A stretch of 64,000 bases of DNA, taken from positions 155,000,001 through 155,064,000 of the forward strand of contig OZ024742.1 in NCBI GenBank assembly GCA_964016885.1. Reading direction: 5' to 3'. The translations under genes were made by a program, and so were the position numbers. The notes under the pieces were generated by a model. That model was not told where the DNA came from. It did no database searches and saw nothing but the letters and a program-made list of their open reading frames with translations. The stretch comes from Eledone cirrhosa. Taxonomy: Eukaryota. Shown in pieces: positions 1 through 13,763 of this stretch; within the stretch, counting starts at the first letter, position 1; each line of letters starts with the position of its first letter.

Positions 1-625
1 TATGTGGCATATTTTTCTTTCATAACTGACTCTAATATATTTTTCCCTAAGGAACACCATCTAATTTATATTTCCCTAAGGAACACCATTCTTTGACAAG
101 CACTGAATATAATCAGCTCTCAACATTTCCTCTCGGAACATTATAACATTTGGTGTCTATAATTATTTTACCAGTTTTCGAATGATCTAAAGGGATGTGT
201 TGATTATTTAATGATAAGCTGAACCACTTTATGTAGTAGAATTACAGCAGGGTGCAAGAAAAATATTATCCTTTGGAAAGATTTAGAGAGTTGTATTCGG
301 TGTAATAAATGTTCTTTTCTAGTTATAACATTGGATGTGTGTATACCAGGTTTGATTGTCTTTATTCTCTCTCGTTCACGATTTCACCGAACTTATATTC
401 ATGGAAATTTGGGACTTGACTCGTTCTTCCTCACTTTTCGTTGCTTCACCATCTTTGTTTATTTACACACACGCCGTCCCCTTTATTTACGTGTCCCAAC
501 GACTTTTTTTAGCCGTTGCTCGAACCAACCGGAGGTATATGGTCATTAAAGCGAAGAAATACCTGTCATGGTTGGAAGATCACTGATGAAGGACCACTTT
601 ATTCATATATATATATATATATATA

Positions 626-987
626 TAGTTTTGCGAGGTTTTTTATATGAAATCGTGTGTCGAAACAAATACTGTTATACTTGGGGAGGGTCAGACTAAA
701 TAAAAATGGCGTAGACATACAATGTAACGGGAGGAAACAATAGCACCACTGACGATGTTGCAGTTGTGCAACGAAAGATCTTTGATGAACTATATATATG
801 TGTTTGTGTCTATATTGTATGTGTATTATTTTTGACCGTCGGTCAGTCAATGGCAACATTGAGGACCGAATAAATTAGATTGCCGATATAAAAGACACAG
901 AAGCGAAAAGCGAAAACCAACCAAACAGTGAGTGTGTTCTGTTATTAATTCTGGCAATATTACACAAATATGACCCTCCTCAAGTAT

Positions 988-993
<6 letters not shown>
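626..993. mobile_element. ORF-less Penelope-like element, family A (pseudo-LTR plus short inverted terminal copy)
   Basis: 626-692 matches 3018-3088. 693-993 is the reverse complement of the family A pLTR at ~3065-3385 and includes the hammerhead. Both ends abut (TA)n. Confidence 0.85.
744..787 (+). ncRNA. Minimal type I hammerhead ribozyme, PLE family A
   Basis: cacca-CTGACGA-t-gttgca(gttg)tgcaac-GAAA-gatc-TT-tgatg. Catalytic core intact, palindromic stem III loop, one stem I mismatch. Confidence 0.8.
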
Positions 994-1043
<50 letters not shown>

Positions 1044-1052
<9 letters not shown>

Positions 1053-1462
1053 TAAACAAATAATGAATAAAACAATGAAACAGTTCCTTATATTAAACAA
1101 AAAAAGTTCATTATTTAACGATCGTTTCTAGGATATATATGTGTTAGAATTGGCATGCATATTCAACAGATCTATGTACAAAATTATACAAAATTATACA
1201 AACTATCAAGATTAAATATACATACCAACACATATATACGCCGTCTTCAGAAATAATGAAGACGGCGTATATATGTGTTGGTATGTATATTTAATCTTGA
1301 TAGTTTGTATAATTTTGTATAATTTTGTACATAGATCTGTTGAATATGCATACCAATTCTAACACATATATATCCTAGAAACGATCGTTAAATAATGAAC
1401 TTTTTTTGTTTAATATAAGGAACTGTTTCATTGTTTTATTCATTATTTGTTTAATATTTTAT
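1044..1462. repeat. Near-perfect fold-back inverted repeat (206-bp arms, 7-nt loop) carrying a hammerhead
   Basis: 1044-1249 is the reverse complement of 1257-1462. One mismatch seen (ggcatgc vs ggtatgc). Loop gaaataa. Left end abuts (TA)n; a unique tail 1463-1596 ends in (TA)n. Confidence 0.95.
1107..1260 (-). ncRNA. Hammerhead ribozyme with 10-bp stem I and ~115-nt stem II domain
   Basis: Minus strand: ttcattattt-CTGAAGA-cggcgtatatatgtgtt...aacacatatatatccta-GAAAC-gatc-GTT-aaataatgaa. The base of stem II is imperfect. Confidence 0.7.
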
Positions 1463-1593
1463 CTTGACTCTGTATACCGTTTATCTTTCACCGAAAGTGA
1501 TTTTTCATTACATCTCTTCTTTCCATGATATCCGGAATACATTGAGTTCTTCATACGGATTGGACACTACCGTAAACTCTTGGTAGATTTATC

Positions 1594-1647
<54 letters not shown>

Positions 1648-2119
1648 CTTTTTTTTTTTAATATATATATATATATAAAATATATTAACAAATGGAAACT
1701 ATATTTATAAAACAATATTTATTTCATTATATATATTTCAAGAGCCACCAAGGCAAACTATGGTGCGCTTTCATGAGATAAAATATAATATAGGTTAGTT
1801 TTATGAAGAAATTTGACACACCCTGAAAAAATGCAACCATTCTGGTTGGAATCAGTTATAAATATATTTTGCTTGTTGTATCCCAACAAATTAAATATAA
1901 CCTCTACATATATATATATATGTATATAGGTGTCCCCTCTTCAATTAAGAAATGTGCTAGCTTATTGTCTCTTCTTCAAATATTAGCACAGAAAAATCAG
2001 GTTTAAAACATTGATAAAGTACTATAGATAAATAGGATTTAGTACGGATTATTGCAAGAAATCTCAGAATGAATCCACTCAGTATATTTTAAAGGCGATA
2101 ATAATAGTTATGCTAAAAA

Positions 2120-2405
2120 TGGTTTCAAATGTAGGTTCAATGCCAAACATTTATGGGAGTGTATTGATGAACGGCAAAGCTAACCTCAGCGGGATTTCAA
2201 CTCATAGCATAAAGATCCCTAACTATATTCTGAAACTCATATTGTCCTAGACTCTACAGACAATGTCAATTCATTGCCTCTAACGAATTGTGACATGTAG
2301 TTACGTCCCTTAATATAGTACCAGAAATACACTGTGGGCAATTTAATCGTCTCTCCCCCCCTTTTCAGATTGCTGGACTTGTGCCTATATTAGAAATTAT
2401 TATTA
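2120..2405. mobile_element. Degenerate Nin-domain SINE fragments (minus-strand body, plus-strand tail)
   Basis: ggcaaagctaacctcagcgggatttcaactc and gtaccag...gctggacttgtgcctatattagaaattatt resemble the intact copies at 31131 and 63280. Confidence 0.6.
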
Positions 2406-2960
2406 TGATGACGTATAGGCTGGTCCTCTATATTACTGCCAATCCATCGCCCATAATTATAATAATAATTGTTTGTTTATTATCCGCAAAGGTCTAAACA
2501 TCTAAAAGATATTAAAACGGCACAGAATTAAACTCATTTTCTTTTCGGGTAAAAAACATGTTAACAAGATAACACCAATCTGCAAAGAATTCAAACAAAG
2601 GCACCTCACATTTGTCTTACCCAATCTGCTGGAACATAGTCAACATGTTCTTTACAACGCCCTCCCCCCGAAGAAATAGTCGAATGTTATATTATTTTTA
2701 GAGCAAAGTTAAGATAATATAGGAACTGTTGTGCTGTTCTGTTTCTGTAAACGTATTGAAATTTCTATTTTCTGAACAAATATCAACTATATTGCATATG
2801 ATTGAACAATGTCTCGGCAGTTTTGTGATAATGTTTCCACGTGTCAGGCACAATGTCTGTCAAAGTCAAATTGTTTTTTGAATGCTATTTATTCGCATTT
2901 CCCACCACACATATATGTTTATGATACGCACATTCAACAGTCACTGTAAATTGGTCGACT

Positions 2961-3007
<47 letters not shown>

Positions 3008-3278
3008 CGGCGATGAATTAGTTTTGCGAGGTTTTTTTTATATGAAATCGTGTGTCGAAACAGATATTGTTATATTTGGGGAGGGTCATATTTGCGTAAT
3101 ATTGCCAGAATTAATAACAGAACACACTCACTGTTTGGTTGGTTTTCGCTTCTCGCTGTCTTTTATATATATATATCTGCGATCTAACTTACTCGGTCCT
3201 CAATGTTGCCATTGACTGACCGGCGGTCAAAAATAAAATAATACAGATACAATATAGACAAACACATATATATATAGT

Positions 3279-3324
3279 TTACATAAATCTTTCGTTGCAC
3301 ATCTGCAACATCGTCAGTGGTGTT
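3279..3324 (-). ncRNA. Hammerhead ribozyme, PLE family A (3' pLTR)
   Basis: Minus: aacacca-CTGACGA-t-gttgca(gatg)tgcaac-GAAA-gatt-TA-tgtaa. Core intact, stem I eroded. Confidence 0.7.
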
Positions 3325-3574
3325 ATATTCATTGTTCCTCCTGTTGTGTTGTATGTCTACGCCATTTTTTTTTGTTCAGTCCGTCTATATATTTATTTAT
3401 TTATTTGCTTGTTTGTTTATCTTATTTTATTTTGTCTTCTTTGCGCATGCGTTTGCGTGTGTGATGTGTGACTAGTGTGTATAGTGTTGTGTCTGCTGGG
3501 TGACTAGTGTGTGTTTATGTGCTTGTGTATGTATTTATTTATCTTATTTTATTTTATTTAATTTACTTATTTAT

Positions 3575-5434
3575 TTATACTTCTCTTAGGTCAGTGTTGT
3601 TTGTTTGGGTGTTGTTGTTGTTCCACTCATTCTTTCTGTTTAGCTTTGGTCTTCTAATTTCTATTTCACTGGCCTCTCTGATTTGCCTATCTGCTGGGTC
3701 ATTCCTATGTTTAGATATTATTCTAATTTCTATGTTGTCTATGTTACCGTCATGATGTTGTCTAGCATGTTCGTATAGTACTGACCCGTTTTTTCGTCCT
3801 TTTAGTTCCCCCCAGTGTTGGTCTATCCTTTCACCTATGCTACGAGCTGTCTCACCTATGTATGTTGTTGTCGTGTTTCTGCAAGTACCCTCTGTACATC
3901 TTATGCTATAGACTACGTTTCTAGTTTTACAGTTTATCCGGGGGTTCACCTTACATATGATACATTTCCTATTGGTACAGTGGGTTTTCTTAAAAGGGTA
4001 GGTTTTGCTGATCAGGGATTTTATGGTGGTTCCTGGCTTTTCTACCACCTTTATTTTTAAGTGGGTCTTTCTCAGGGCCTTTCTACACTGGTTAGCTAAT
4101 TTCCCTCCAGGGGTGGCGTCCACAAACATGACACTCTGATATCTCTGGTTGTCGTACCATGATGTGGCCTTCCCTATCTTATGTCTAGCCCTATCTAAGC
4201 TATTCCATGATTTGCTCCTGTATAGTGGGCAAATTCCTTTCATGTCCAGTTCTATGAGGGTCTTATACTTTTCCATGGCTCCTTCGTATACTCTGACTCT
4301 GTCTCTTTGGTTGTAGCCAGAGAACTGCATGCGGTTGATGAAGTGTTGGATGTGTCCTTCCATTTCTGTTGGGTCGCACATGCTGGACACATTCTTCATC
4401 ACTCGTACCAAATCTGCGATCAGAATATTAAACTTAGCACTACTGGACATTGCTGAGTTTTTGAGTATCAGGTATTTGGAGGCCATGGGTTTAGCATAGT
4501 GTGAGTGGAGAATTTGGGCTCTCTCGTCTATAGTGTTAATCCAGAGTTCTGTGTCTAATACAGGTAGTCAATTGTTAGGGTGTTTGGAAGGGAAGTCTAT
4601 AGTTACAGTTATACTCTGGTGTATGGAATTAGCTATCTGCTGGATGCTTTCCATCGTGCTACGTTCTAAATCAAACTTGTTAGTGCTCTCTAGTAGGGGT
4701 GTTCTTATAACTATATTGATATCGTCTACATAACGAGAGTACATGATGAGGTCTATGGAGCTTTCATTAAGGAGATCTTTAAGTCTCCTTTCCCACCATA
4801 CCATGAAAAGGTTGGCAACATCGCCAGCTATGCTGACGCCGATGGCTGCTCCCTCATTTTGGGTGTAGATTTTCTCATTGAACTTAAATATGTGGCCCTT
4901 TAGGGTAGTTTTGATACTAGCCCCTATTGCATGTGCGACCATTTTTCTTACCTGATCAGTGTTTTGGGGGGTCCGTATAGCTTTGGTCCACCCAATCCAC
5001 CTTCCTATGGGAGTCTTTTTAGCCATTGAGGTTATGGTGGGGGGTCTACCTCTTATAGGTCTACTAGGGCAGAAACATCTAAGGTCATGGCTGTCTAGGT
5101 AGTCAGTGTCGTAGGTAAGTCTAAGTAGGAGGCCCAGTTCGTCTGTGTCGACGTCGCAGAACTCCACCTCACTCTCAATGATCATCTCCACACATCTTTT
5201 CACAGCAAAATCAATGTTAATGGATGGGTACAGTGACACCACATCCATGCTGCCTATTATGCAGTTGGATAGGCTCCTGTTTTTGTTGCACTCACTGATT
5301 CTGCTGAGGAGGTCCTCTGTACTTTCACATACATCTGGGGACATCTTGATTATGGGGCGTATAACCATTGAGAGGAAGTAGGAGATCCTGTAGTTGCTAG
5401 CTATATTAGCTCCGCATACAGGTCTTGTTGGTGG
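3575..5434 (-). pseudogene. PLE reverse transcriptase-GIY-YIG endonuclease polyprotein (5'-truncated, one in-frame TGA at 4568-4570)
   Basis: RT motifs RPVCGA, SMDVVSLYPSI, GAAIGVSIAG, YSRYVDD, LPVLD, HYAKPM, RMQFSGY. EN region CxxxxCxxC...C...NVVYSIRC...C...YIGETARSIGERIDQH...H...H...RE..EI....PKLN. ORFs 4568..5638 and 3575..4486 are in the same frame. Confidence 0.95.
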
Positions 5435-5512
5435 GCGAAAACCAACCAAACAGTGAGTGTGTTCTGTTATTAATTCTGGCAATATTACGCAAATATGACC
5501 CTCCCCAAATAT

Positions 5513-5570
<58 letters not shown>

Positions 5571-6139
5571 ATGTGTGTGTGTGCTAATGTGAGTAGGCAT
5601 GTGAAAGTGTGTGCAATGTCTGCGATTGTTGATTTCAATGTTAGTGAATTACTATATCTAAAAAAATAACTAGAAATCTATGGTTATTTTCGATATGCAA
5701 TTCGCTATCATTGTATTGTATTGAAAGATATGAAAATCAATTGCAGAACTGATACTGACGTTCAAAACAGCTTTTAGCTATTTATTCATTTTACATCTTA
5801 GTGAATAAGTAAAAAACATAGCTCTAGTTACGCTATCAGCTTAGCAATATAGTAGTTTACATTAATCTAGGAAAAAAATATTTTGTTAAAATATTAACGT
5901 AAATATTTTCAGTGAAATTGAATTGTTTTGTAAAGAACACTGATATAAATGATAGGGATACAATTTGAATTTTCTGCTTCCGGCTCAAATGTAAGAATCG
6001 TACATTAAACGACTTTATCAGGCCTCTTCCTATAAACACTCGCATATAAAGCCTCAATTACAAAGTCAGCATAGGTGTACAACTAAGAGATAATCTTCCA
6101 TTGTCTTCCTCATAGTAATAGACTTCTTTGAAAAGAAGA

Positions 6140-6930
6140 CAATGAACATGGGATTTCCTGACAGGGAAGTTATTTTACACAGTAGGATTTTGCAGATGAT
6201 CTAGCCCTATTGGATGACAAATGTAAACAATTGTAGTTGGTAACTGATAAACTGAAGGAAAACAGCGAAAATATTGCCCTGAATTGTAGTGTTCAGAAAA
6301 CAAATATCAAAAGATTGGAGATCTACAGGATGAATCTGATATTTGTGTGGAGTGGGTTTCCTATAGTGGTTGTTGAAAACTTCACATACACGGGGAGTGT
6401 AAAATCCCACACATGTGACATTGAAAAGATGTCAAAAAACTGTCAAAACCCAGTTCAGAATTCAATCTACTATAGAAAATCGAATCTGGGTCTCAAATGT
6501 GATCAACAAATAAAACTCTGACTGTACAACGTAATTGTTGTTTCAACTGCTTTATATGCATGCGGGACCGAACGGGAGTGATATTACTCTTTAGCACATC
6601 TTCCATATGAGATCTATTCATAGAATCTTGAAGGTATCATAGAGAAACAGAAGGAAGAATGATGAGGTGTTGAGGCGTACGAAGTCAAGAAAACTGAATG
6701 AAACAGTTACCGAAAGGCAGGTTTCGGTTTACGGGTCATATATCGGGCTTCCCTATTAGTTGACCTGCTGGGGGCAAGAGATCTAGAGTTTGACCAATAT
6801 CCACTTGACGTGCAACTGTGAAAGAGGACCTGTGAAAAAGAAAGAACTGGCACCAGCCCCTGAAGATTGTCAAGGCCTCGATAAAAGTGGCGTCAGATTG
6901 TGGTACTTTTCTTGAGGAACAAGTTAGCAA
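6140..6930 (+). mobile_element. Degenerate RTE-type LINE RT/3' fragment
   Basis: gattttgcagatgatctagccctattg = DFADDLALL, VVENFTYxG, K(L)xLYNVIVVSTALYACGT. Multiple stops. Confidence 0.7.
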
Positions 6931-7004
6931 GGTAGGATACACACACAGACACCCCGCAATACACACATATTTGTGTGTCTATATATATATATATATCTGT
7001 CAGA

Positions 7005-7690
7005 ATAGATACTAGACCTGGGTATAAACATGAGCGATGATGCATCTTTTTCCTCACACATCATGAAAGTGGCGACAATGTGCAGACGACTCGCTGGCTG
7101 GATCTTAAGGTCTTTCCGGACAAGCGACCGAGACACAATGTTAACACTATGGAGGACATTTGTTCTAAGCCGCCTGGATTATTGCTCCCAGTTGTGCTCA
7201 CCCATTGTGTCAAACTAACCACGGAACTTGAGGCAATCCAGCGAAGCTACACCAAGGGGATTGCCACGATGAAGGAGATAAGCTACTGGAAGAGGCTAAA
7301 AGAACTGAACCTTTACTCCCTGGAACGAAGACGGGAGAGATACTGTGTGGTGCCAAAGGTCCCGTCTTCCACATCTAGAATAAGGAGCAGATATTGCAAT
7401 AACCTGGGATTCAAGGGTCCTCAACTCTTCAACAAGCTGCCGAGGGATCTGAGAGATATGCATGGTGTGGAGGTTGATGTCTTCAAGAAACATCTTGACA
7501 CATTGCTATCCAGGATCCCGGATCCCGGATGAGCCCACACCAAGACACGAGGGAAACCTAAGGGCAGCAGCAACAAATTCCCTCTTACACCAGTGGCCAA
7601 CCAATAGAGGCTGGAGATAAAATGTGTAGTAACAAGGGCGGTGCCCCAGCATGACCTCAGTCGGATGGCTGGAACAGGTAAAACAGTAAA
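7005..7690 (+). mobile_element. CR1/L2-group LINE 3' end with internal deletion
   Basis: DLGINMSDDASFSSHI...LWRTFVLSRLDYCSQLCSP, LEAIQRSYTK..SYWKRLKELNLYSLERRRERY, GPQLFNKLP..LR..FKKHLD.LL..IPD. Flanked by (TA)n. Confidence 0.85.
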
Positions 7691-7701
7691 AGAGTAAAAT
7701 A

Positions 7702-7786
<85 letters not shown>

Positions 7787-8349
7787 CATATATATATATA
7801 TATATGTAGAAACACACTGAAGCGTATATAAGGAAATGATCATAATACTTCTATTTTCCACTTGACATATGTGATTATACACTTTGCGGGAGTTAATTAA
7901 ACTAACCGGACATTTATGCTGTAAGATAATTAATTTCTCGCGCCGGTATTGTATTTATTGACTCTCTTAAACTATTTTCATTGCTTTAGTCTTCTCTTTT
8001 TGATATTCATACCACTTATCCTAACATATTCCTTCCTATCACCCATTCACTAAATTCACATTTTATATCTTACTAGTTTCAACTTAATTATTACGTTAAC
8101 CCTTTTCATCCTCGCTTGCTTCTATCAGAGACTTTTATTTTATATCTTCGTTTTTCCTTTCTATATTTCGTTTTTATTTCTTTACAACTTCATTTCATCC
8201 CTCCCTTCATTTTCTTTTCTATGGCTTGAGATTTATTTGTGATCTGTGTGGGTTGTGTGTGGTGGAAGGAAATAACTTTTGCCCTTCTATTTCCTTCACA
8301 ATTAGACGTGTACTTTCTTATTATCTACTTACTCATCTACATGACGCAA

Positions 8350-8500
8350 AATTAGCTGAGTCGTTAGGTCGTAGGTGGAAAAATGGCTCATGTACGTTTC
8401 GACTCTCTGCGCTATGAGTTCAAATCCGGCCTCATTCAACTCTACGTTTCATCATTTTTAGATTGATATGTAGAGAACCAATCTAGTAGTTGGGTCAAAT
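8350..8500 (+). mobile_element. Old Nin-domain SINE copy
   Basis: gagttcaaatcc B-box followed by a degenerate tttcatc...taccaat...ggtc. Confidence 0.5.
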
Positions 8501-10489
8501 CTTTCATTATTTCTCTTGATGATATTGCCTGCATGGTTTGGATGCCTAAAAGACGTCGCTTATCATGAAGGCGTCCTTATAATGTGGTCAGAATGTATGC
8601 GTCCTTTACCTTCTCTTATACTTCTACAATTTCTAATATCAATATCACTCCTGCTACGGATAGGATAACCATATTTAATGCCAGGCTATAGATATGTATA
8701 CATTCACACTTGAACTCACAGCTGGAGTTTCTTACTGACCGTCTGTAAAGAAACCTAATTAGTGGGGATCGAACACATAATTGAAATGCTACAATACTAT
8801 CGTAATACATTTGCTAATTCAATAACATTAATTGGTACAATTTTTATACGATGAATTTAACTGCAATGCCACACCTTCAGTGAATGGTTTCGATGATTAA
8901 ATCGAAAAAAAATGATTCACTATTTCGTAAATTTATCGCTCGAGTCTATAAGGATATACTGAGATTTTACAGGGAAGCAACTAAATTCCGCAATTTATTT
9001 AGTCCGACACTCAAAGAATTCTGCGAGTCTATAGCTTTGATATTGCCTTTACGTATACATTTAAATCTTGATTCTTGTTCGGCAAATTTTTCAATTTACA
9101 TATATTTATTTATATTTCATATATTTATCATTTTATACAATGAAAATTCCCCACGTATTAAGATTTCTTACAGCAATATCATCAACAGTGATATATCAAT
9201 TACATTGTCACACCCATCGATAACAGAATGACATCGTCAACTGTAATAGTGGTAATACATCACTCTCCTGTATTTGTAATCCCTTATAAATTGTATCTTT
9301 CAAGATAGAATGTGGCATTTACACTTCTCGTTAGCTATTTATCAACAGGTAAGCTCTCATTAAGTAGAATTACGAACAAATTCAGTATTTTAGTATATTT
9401 ATATGACTTACATTGTGTACCTCTGTCACAATCACATTTTAAAACATAGTAGGGCTGTGATTTGAGGTACATTTTTGAGTAATATTTAGCAGGTTCATGG
9501 GTTACACAGAAGCCATCTCCAATGCAGACATATCATGCATATAGCTTAGAGGTGAAGTTAATTACCTTGTTATCAGCTCATATTACAATACAACACTTCA
9601 AAATAATCAAGTGAATTCAGTTACCCCGATCAAGTAATTGACTCTTAATTAATTCTTATGTAGTTTGAATATGTTCCTTGAATGAATTCAACATGTAATT
9701 CAAAGCTAAACATGCAATCGTTAATTTCAAGATGCTCCACTGGTTTCGTTTTAATGCAGGACTAACCATAATACACATAAACACACTTACATAACTGTTG
9801 ACGTTTGTCGTTTATCTGGTTGCGATCCCTTTTTATTAAACGTCCCAGTGTTCACACGTCTAATGTACTCTTCTTAAAAATAAAACAAAAATACTCTCTC
9901 TGTGGCTTGAAAGTCAATGTCGCTGCTATTTCATGCAGAGCGTCTATGTAGATATTAACTTGATTTCACTGACAATACAGCATTGATTTACTGACATTTA
10001 TCGATACGTATTTTACTAACTGTTCCGATTTCATATCTTAATGATTTATATATCTTAGTGATTTACCCCATATAAGCAGGATAATGATAAATGTCCTTCC
10101 ACTTTAACTAACGTTTCTTTTTATGAGTGTTAAGCACTACATTTTCGAATGTGGGATTGATTTAAAGGTGATGTGGATGTTATTTCTGTTATAGCTCTGT
10201 CATCCATTTTGATATCCATAATTTGACTTGGATGAACACCTTATTAATCATATAATATCATGAGTAATACCTGATAGAAAAATGAAAAATATAGGATATG
10301 AAATTATTTAAGTAGTATTCTAACATTGTTTTCACTTGATAAACTTGCTCTCCTCCCATATTAAAAATATTAATAACTAATGTATTATCATTAGATGGAA
10401 TAAGAGAGTAGGCTACACATATATCTCTTAGATCACATAAAATGTATCTCGAATCCTATTTTATTTCTATTTATATCACAACTCTATAA

Positions 10490-10975
10490 TCAGCGCATTT
10501 GTATAGTTGTTAGGGCAATATATTAAAATGTCTGTCTCACTCCGATTTGAGATCAAATCCCACTCGGCTAAAAATACCCTTTCATCCTTTCTAGGTCGTT
10601 AAAATACAAACATTGTACTGGGGTCAATTTCATTCTATCTCTGATTCTCTTGAATAAATTTGTTGTGTTCCTTCAATTTTCAAAAATATGCTGTTTGTCA
10701 GGGCGGTGCCTGTATGATTCCATGAGACATCAACGGCGCTCGATGTAGAAGATCCCAAAGAGGCAATTTACACCAGCCATATATTTGATATTTTAAATCT
10801 ATTTAGATATACTCTCTACATAAGGATTTCTCATTAATATCCAATAAGGTTTGTTTAATTTTTTTGAGGCGGGAAGTTGATTATATCAACCAGAGTAGTT
10901 GACTGGTACTTTAATCTATCCGAAAGATGAAATACAAAATTGGCCCCTGTAAAATAATGAACTCATTATGTAAGA
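10490..10975. mobile_element. Two degenerate Nin-domain SINE remnants (plus ~10490-10690, minus ~10860-10975)
   Basis: tttgagatcaaatccc...ctttcatcctttctaggtcg...actggggtc and actggtacttt...gatgaaa...gaactc. Confidence 0.5.
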
Positions 10976-11204
10976 GGGAAAACTAATATTACTATGCATT
11001 TCTCTGTTGTTGTATCAACGTCTGACAAAATACAGTCCTCATATTTCTTACGTTATTTGAACGGAAGAAAAGATATACGTAGAATGCATTTTTTATACAA
11101 TACAGAAATTCGATGAAATTATTTGAAGATTTACACTTAGCTTGAAGTTTGTGGATTTATATTCCTTATCTAATATATTTGTGTGAAAGTTGTATATATG
11201 TATT

Positions 11205-12010
<806 letters not shown>

Positions 12011-12580
12011 TTTACGCTTGAAATGGGGTGTAATTGCGTTAAATGTTAGAAAAAACTGAACATCAAGTGAAACTTGAAAAAAGGTAGGAAACATGAACAA
12101 AATAATATTAGCAAAGTGGTCGAAAAATAAATTATGATTAAAACAAAGCAGAAGTGAAGGAAATAAAAAAAAAAGAAACAATGAGTTTAAACAAAATAAT
12201 ACGAGTCAGCAAAATACAAATATGCAAGATGGTGATTCTGCGATAATCCACTCAGTTGGAATTTCCAATTCACTAAGCAGCAACAACTTTAAACAGTATG
12301 AATGTAACTCGCTAAATATACTCATACTCTCCCAACTCGTATCAACTTTAAGGAAACATTGCATTCTTGCTTCGGGCTAGAGGAAGTGAAATATGCAAAA
12401 TGTTAGAAAAATTAACAATAACATAGCTAACAAAAAATTGAAATCAATTGAACGAAAATCAAAACCAATCAGGAAATAACTTCTGAAAGATTATTTGTAC
12501 ACTCACTCACACATACTTACTTATACATTTATATATATGAGTACGTGTGAGTGTGTGTACAAATGGTCTTTGTATGTATG

Positions 12581-12614
<34 letters not shown>

Positions 12615-12719
12615 TGTATGTATGTATGTATGTATGTATGTGTGTATGTATGTATGTGTGTATGTATGTATGTATGTATGTATGTATGTATGTATGTATG
12701 TATGAATGTATGCATGTTA

Positions 12720-13650
12720 TCTCTTTCTCTTAATTTCGAGTATATTTTTTTGACCGGCAACCTTTCTGGTGGCAGGGTTGAAAAAGAAAAGAAATTGTCA
12801 TCCCTTGAATCGCAAGCTTTTTTTGCAAATTTTGAAGGTGCCAGCTATCGCAGCCATTTGTAGTCTATGAATTAGGGAGCTGCGCTCTTTGTCGCAAATC
12901 CAAGTTCAGTCATACTTTGGTCCAAGCGTAGCTCCAATAATGATGGATATGAAGCTAAAGTTGTATCTTGGATACTGGATTTGTAAACTCCTCATCAATG
13001 GTCCGTAGATGTCCTCCTTCTCCTGTATTTTCTGACAACGTTTACATCAAGTGGGCAGCTGATCTCCACAAAAGAACACGTTTTGAATGTGTGGTCCCAA
13101 ACAACAATATTAGGCCGGTTGTGCTTTAATTTGGTGGCAGTTTTTATTTTCAGGTTCCACCAGTATTCCTTAGTGCCATCTGTCTCAATATATTCTACCT
13201 CGTTTGTTGTTAATTTTGTTTTCCGAAGTGCGTTCCAGATGGTTCTAGCTATCCCATCGTGTCTCATGGGGAGGTAGTAGCGAGATGACATTATTTCGCA
13301 GCTGGCAACAATATGGCTTACATCCGCGATCTTTGTTTTACATAGCCTACATTTATTGTCAGCTTATGACCCTCATCTTTTGTGTAGCAGATATTTGGTA
13401 ATAAGTTCTTGTTCCTGTATTGCATAGAGATATCCCTCAAGATGTGATGTCATAAACTTGTCGGAACTCCATGCCAGGCTTTTTGAGTGGTTTATCCCCT
13501 CTATGGTCTGTGTTTTACGTCTCAAGTATCCATACACAACGTTTTCTGTAAATTGGTCAATTTTTTCAATTGTTTGAACATTGAATAGGATCTTCCGATT
13601 ACTCTGGGTGAGAGATTTATAACAGGCTTTATTCCATATCTCTCCTCCAT
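12720..13650 (-). mobile_element. R4/Dong-type non-LTR retrotransposon 3' end (CCHC finger plus restriction-like endonuclease)
   Basis: EGYLYAIQEQELITKY, CRLC...HIVASC...YYLPMRHD, HNRPNIVVWD..KTCSFVEISCP.D. Both ends abut (TATG)n arrays. Confidence 0.85.
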
Positions 13651-13763
13651 GTATGTATGTATGTATGTAGGTTTGTATGTATGTATGTATTTATGTATGT
13701 ATGTATGTATGTATGCATGTATATATGTATGTATGTATGTATGTACGTATGTATGTATGTATG

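Larger units (their letters stand above)
3017..5520 (-). mobile_element. Penelope-like retroelement, family A, 5'-truncated with an inverted partial pLTR
   Basis: 3' pLTR at 3017-~3385 with hammerhead, RT+EN frame at 3575-5434, then 5435-5520 = inverted copy of ~3064-3149. Both ends lie in (TA)n. Confidence 0.95.

Noticed and set aside
578-600. gatca-CTGATGA-aggacc as a complete hammerhead
   Set aside because: No GAAA/stem III follows before the (TA)n. At most a truncated 5' half.
4568-4570. In-frame TGA in the PLE ORF as selenocysteine or programmed readthrough (some PLE lineages encode selenoproteins)
   Set aside because: The homologous codon in family B (~41704, KHPNHRLPVLD) is CGA/Arg. 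CpG deamination explains it, the position is not a Cys, and no SECIS was recognised.
5435-5638. N-terminus of ORF 4568..5638
   Set aside because: Chance read-through of the inverted pLTR and microsatellite; it is not part of the RT.
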